Source of the DNA: Candidatus Woesearchaeota archaeon
Lineage (GTDB): Archaea > Nanobdellota > Nanobdellia > Woesearchaeales > JAZDKJ01
Reading direction: 5' to 3'
Length of the DNA: 64,000 nt
Assembly: GCA_043803105.1 (NCBI GenBank)
Contig: JAZDKJ010000006.1
Coordinates: 256,001 to 320,000 of the forward strand
The notes beneath the pieces were generated by a model. The model was not told where the DNA came from. It worked only from the letters and a program-made list of their open reading frames with translations, and ran no database searches. Numbering within the stretch: the first letter of the stretch is position 1; every line of letters begins with the position of its first letter. Shown here one piece after another: positions 60,743 through 64,000 of the stretch. A program made the position numbers and the translations under genes.

Positions 60743-60760
60743 GGTTGAACCACCGGCCCA
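60743..60760 (-). repeat. 18-bp duplicate of the tRNA-Ala(GGC) 5' end
   Basis: GGTTGAACCACCGGCCCA identical to 60630-60647. Confidence 0.88.
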
Positions 60761-60818
60761 ATTTAAAAAGCGAAGAAATAGTTACTATTAAAAGCTTTTC
60801 ATCCAAGAATTAGGTTAT

Positions 60819-61034
60819 CTATCCTTTCGCAGCCAGCCTTATGTCCTCATCGTTGACTGTTTTCCTGCCAGAATGTTTTGCTATCTTTGCTGCCTGGGTC
60901 GCTATCTTCTCTGTCCTTTCCTGCAGGATCTCTGAAAAGATCTCCACTGATCCTGCGCTAACCCTTTTTGCACCGGCGTTCATTAGAATTCTTGCAAGCG
61001 GTGCTTTTGGAATTACATTCGGTCTCTTTGCCAT
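60819..61034 (-). CDS. Archaeal histone
   Basis: IPKAPLARI..GAKRVS..AKHSGRKTV..EDI. Confidence 0.95.
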   Translation of the reverse strand: MAKRPNVIPKAPLARILMNAGAKRVSAGSVEIFSEILQERTEKIATQAAKIAKHSGRKTVNDEDIRLAAKG

Positions 61035-61277
61035 CTAACCCATCTCCACACCCTGGAGAAAAAATCCCTTTAGTCTTTAGTCTTGACGCTAATCCCCGTG
61101 TTGCTTATATTTAAACGTTTCGGTTACGCCTGTCGAGGATTCGTCGTATTGAAAATTGTTTTGTTTGGCTGCTTCACCTGTATCATATTCTGGAACCTTG
61201 CGTAAATATTTTAACTACTATATAGTAACTATAAAATCGAAAAGCTTATATAATAGTATTTATTACTACTAAGTAGT

Positions 61278-61418
61278 ATGAAACACAAACTAAGCATTTC
61301 AGTCGATTCAGAGACTGTTGACTTGATACATAAGCTCATTGCCGAGGGTAGGTTCAGGAACATTAGTCACGCATTGGAATACGCAGTTAACCATATGCTT
61401 CTGGAGGCACCTAAATGA
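61278..61418 (+). CDS. Ribbon-helix-helix regulator (46 aa, not in ORF track)
   Basis: MKHKLSISVDSETVDLIHKLIAEGRFRNISHALEYAV; TACTACT-A-AGTAGTA palindrome at start; ATGA coupling to next gene. Confidence 0.8.
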   Translation: MKHKLSISVDSETVDLIHKLIAEGRFRNISHALEYAVNHMLLEAPK

Positions 61419-62581
61419 GAAAGAGTGAACGATTTACACGCGAAAGACCGAGATGGTCGGATGACTGGACGGCTGTGCCTCAAGGTTATAGGTCTGTTGC
61501 TCTGGTTCGCAGGGCCGAGGAAAAAAGTGGCCCATTCAAGCTTCTTGCTCTTACCACTGCGGCAATAGGTATTTTAGTTACCAGTGGCATATACAAAGTA
61601 TCATCCGTGCTGCCTCAGATGCAGGCATTGTATTATTCTTCAGGAATCCCGGCACCTTCTGCTCCATCTGTTCGGGAACCTCCTATTGTAAGTTCTTCCA
61701 TTGTAACCGACAACTATTCCAAGAGCATCACTGTTCAACCTAAAGGGACACCAAAGATTGAATTACCTGCAATGAGTTATATTCAACCAGAGGTACCTGC
61801 CGAATTCAAAAAAACAATGCCATCCCTGCCTTCTCCTAAACCAGCTGCTGAACCACAATCAAAGAATTACTCTCAGCCTCAGACAAAGACTGATGTCAAA
61901 CCTTTTGAGCAGACCAATCAGAAGGCAGCGTCCAAGTCTACGCATGCAAATCTAGACAAGATCGTCAAAGACAATTGGTCGCTTCAAGATAATTTAGACA
62001 TCGTCGGAATAAATAAGATGATAAAAGAGGAATGTGTCAGATACAATACGAACATTGATAAGAATTTCAAAGGTTATCTGGTTGATCCCAACCTGTTCTC
62101 AATCCTGGTAAAGTTTGAGTCTGGTTATGATCCAGCAAAGATTCATTACAAGGTCAGACGTCAGTTGAATCCTGCTTGGGACGTGCACATGAAGCAGGTG
62201 AAGAAAGGGAAAGTTCAACTGGATCCATCAATCAAGCAATACAAGCATGTCTACGTGCACGACAATGAAGGTAAACGCATACCATCTGCTTATGGTTTGG
62301 CTGGTTTGGCGCCTGAGACTGCCAAAACCCTTGGCATTAAGTTAAAGGATATCCTCGACTCTCGCACCAACATGCGTGGCGGAATCCAAAAGATTGGCGA
62401 GCTATTGTCCCTTTATGACGGAGATGTCAGCCTTGCCTTGGCTGGGTATAATGCGGGCGAGAGCAGGGTTGAGCAATTTGGCTTCGAGATACCACCAATA
62501 GAGCAGACCAAGAATTATGTTGCCAGGATAACGCATGCCTACGCAAAATTGTCATCTGCCAAGGCTTCCAAGCACCGTTAG
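61415..62581 (+). CDS. Membrane-anchored lytic transglycosylase (SLT domain)
   Basis: TM helix, P/S/K-rich linker, FESGY, AYGLAGL, N..GG, ALAGYNAGE, QTKNYV. Confidence 0.88.
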   Translation: MRKSERFTRERPRWSDDWTAVPQGYRSVALVRRAEEKSGPFKLLALTTAAIGILVTSGIYKVSSVLPQMQALYYSSGIPAPSAPSVREPPIVSSSIVTDNYSKSITVQPKGTPKIELPAMSYIQPEVPAEFKKTMPSLPSPKPAAEPQSKNYSQPQTKTDVKPFEQTNQKAASKSTHANLDKIVKDNWSLQDNLDIVGINKMIKEECVRYNTNIDKNFKGYLVDPNLFSILVKFESGYDPAKIHYKVRRQLNPAWDVHMKQVKKGKVQLDPSIKQYKHVYVHDNEGKRIPSAYGLAGLAPETAKTLGIKLKDILDSRTNMRGGIQKIGELLSLYDGDVSLALAGYNAGESRVEQFGFEIPPIEQTKNYVARITHAYAKLSSAKASKHR

Positions 62582-63331
62582 CATTTTTTGGCTGTCTCCT
62601 ATCGGGTCAGGGCTCTCATTGATTATTGTGATGTCGGTCTTTCGCTTTGTTATTTCCTGCAGTAATGATTTCATCTCATTCTTGTCAGTCAGCAGGTGTC
62701 TCCTCTCGCCTTTCTCTGTAAACTCTATACCTGAAAAGTGAGAGTGCACGTGCTTTAGCTGTTTCAGCTTGTCGAGCATCTCTGAATAGCCCATCTTGCC
62801 AAGGCTTCTTGCCTTCCAGTGAGAAAAGTCTATTGTCATGTGGCATCCAGTATCCTGCTTTAGCTGCATCAGCTCGTCCACATCCCCGAATTGCGTTGCC
62901 TTTCCTGTGAGTTCAGGGGCTAGTGTTGTTTTCCAGCCCTTGCTCTTTATGATATCACTCAACTCCTGCAACCCTTGAGCCATCTGCCGGTACACATCCT
63001 CTTTTTTTGCTCCCTGGTAGAATCCTGCGTGGAACACAACATACCTTGCACCCAGGTGATGAGCCCTCTCGCAGCTATCCAATATTCGTTTCTTGCTCGC
63101 TGTTATTATGTTTTTCTTGTTTGAGGCAAGGTTGATATAGTAAGGTCCATGAACAGAAAGTGCTATTCCATAGCCTTTTGCGAGTTTGCCAACGCGCAAT
63201 GCCTCCTCGTTGCTCATCCTAACTCCGTATGTGAACTCAACCTCCATCGCAGAGAGCCCTAGCTCGTGGATTTTGCCTAACCCCTTGTCATAACCAAGCC
63301 CTGCTGTGCCGCCTGGGCCTAAAAGAATCAT
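62552..63331 (-). CDS. nfo: Endonuclease IV-like TIM barrel
   Basis: HGPYYINL, FHAG, PELTGK, DFSH, HSHFSGI, NESP. Confidence 0.88.
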   Translation of the reverse strand: MILLGPGGTAGLGYDKGLGKIHELGLSAMEVEFTYGVRMSNEEALRVGKLAKGYGIALSVHGPYYINLASNKKNIITASKKRILDSCERAHHLGARYVVFHAGFYQGAKKEDVYRQMAQGLQELSDIIKSKGWKTTLAPELTGKATQFGDVDELMQLKQDTGCHMTIDFSHWKARSLGKMGYSEMLDKLKQLKHVHSHFSGIEFTEKGERRHLLTDKNEMKSLLQEITKRKTDITIINESPDPIGDSQKMLTVLGSLGR

Positions 63332-64000
63332 CTCGCTGCCTTGGTCGTTGCCCAGGATAGTATCTGGCTGTAAATGATTACTCCAACGATTACCTGTATG
63401 AGGGGCATAAGAGATTCTGTTCCTAAGAATATTGCGTTTAATGCTATTGCTGTTACAGCAATTCCCTTTGGAGGAAGGATTGTCATTATGACCAGTTCTT
63501 TTTGGTTGAAGTATTCATGCTTCAATATGACAGCAAGTGACAAGTATCTTATGATGAGGTATGCCAGGTAGATGAGCATCGTTAGAATTAGAAAGTTTGT
63601 CGAGAGCGGGATTGAGACCACCATTCCAAGGAGCAGCAGCATCAATATTTCTATTGACTGTGAAAAGGTCCTTGAGAACTCTTCCAGTTCTTTCTTGTGT
63701 TTTATTGTGAATGCCCCAAACAGTATGGCCATTGACACTATAGCAAATATGCCTGCCCCGTTGAGCGCCTCAGCGAACAAATAGACTCCGAGGCAAAGCC
63801 CAATCAATGCTATTGGTGATATCCTCTTGGATAATCTCCTGAAAATCTTGAAAACGACAAGGCCTGAAAATAAGCCTGTCCCAAGTCCCACGAATATGGT
63901 CAGGCTAAACATTATCATGAACATGGTCACAGGCATGTCCATTATTGTGTTTCTTAGAAACATGATAAACTCAAGGAGAAGGGCGCTCGCAAATATGATG
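63328..64000 (-). CDS. Cation:proton antiporter (CPA1-like), 3' part
   Basis: Multi-TM; AEAL.G.G, IIRY, PKGIA; open to the window edge. Confidence 0.7.
   Translation of the reverse strand, partial: IIFASALLLEFIMFLRNTIMDMPVTMFMIMFSLTIFVGLGTGLFSGLVVFKIFRRLSKRISPIALIGLCLGVYLFAEALNGAGIFAIVSMAILFGAFTIKHKKELEEFSRTFSQSIEILMLLLLGMVVSIPLSTNFLILTMLIYLAYLIIRYLSLAVILKHEYFNQKELVIMTILPPKGIAVTAIALNAIFLGTESLMPLIQVIVGVIIYSQILSWATTKAAR

Overview
This 64 kb window is archaeal chromosome. Evidence: thermosome, histone, rpl35ae, Bud32, prefoldin alpha, archaeal GluRS/HisRS and TTTATA promoters. Gene content suggests a DPANN lineage such as Woesearchaeota (inference). Housekeeping genes (guaA, gltX, ths, intein-containing gyrB, hisS, ftsY, scpA) are interspersed with several accessory features. 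(1) Three tRNA genes with a serine-type body (long variable arm, G73) carry non-serine anticodons (GAT, GAA, GAA). Each has a divergent short transcription unit complementary to its own D and variable arms, a candidate all-RNA mistranslating-tRNA/antisense module and the best candidate for an undescribed system. (2) An ~8.6 kb array of toxin/TA/Fic cassettes lies downstream of tRNA-Leu, separated by six copies of a ~35 bp repeat ending in the tRNA 3' end. (3) A 3.8 kb TIR/TSD-bounded DDE transposon carries a restriction-modification pair. (4) Several tRNAs have non-canonical BHB introns, and a TG..CA double-hairpin element sits at the same T-stem site in two tRNAs. (5) There is a membrane-anchored peptidoglycan lytic transglycosylase. 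All calls come from reading motifs by eye; no database searches were run.
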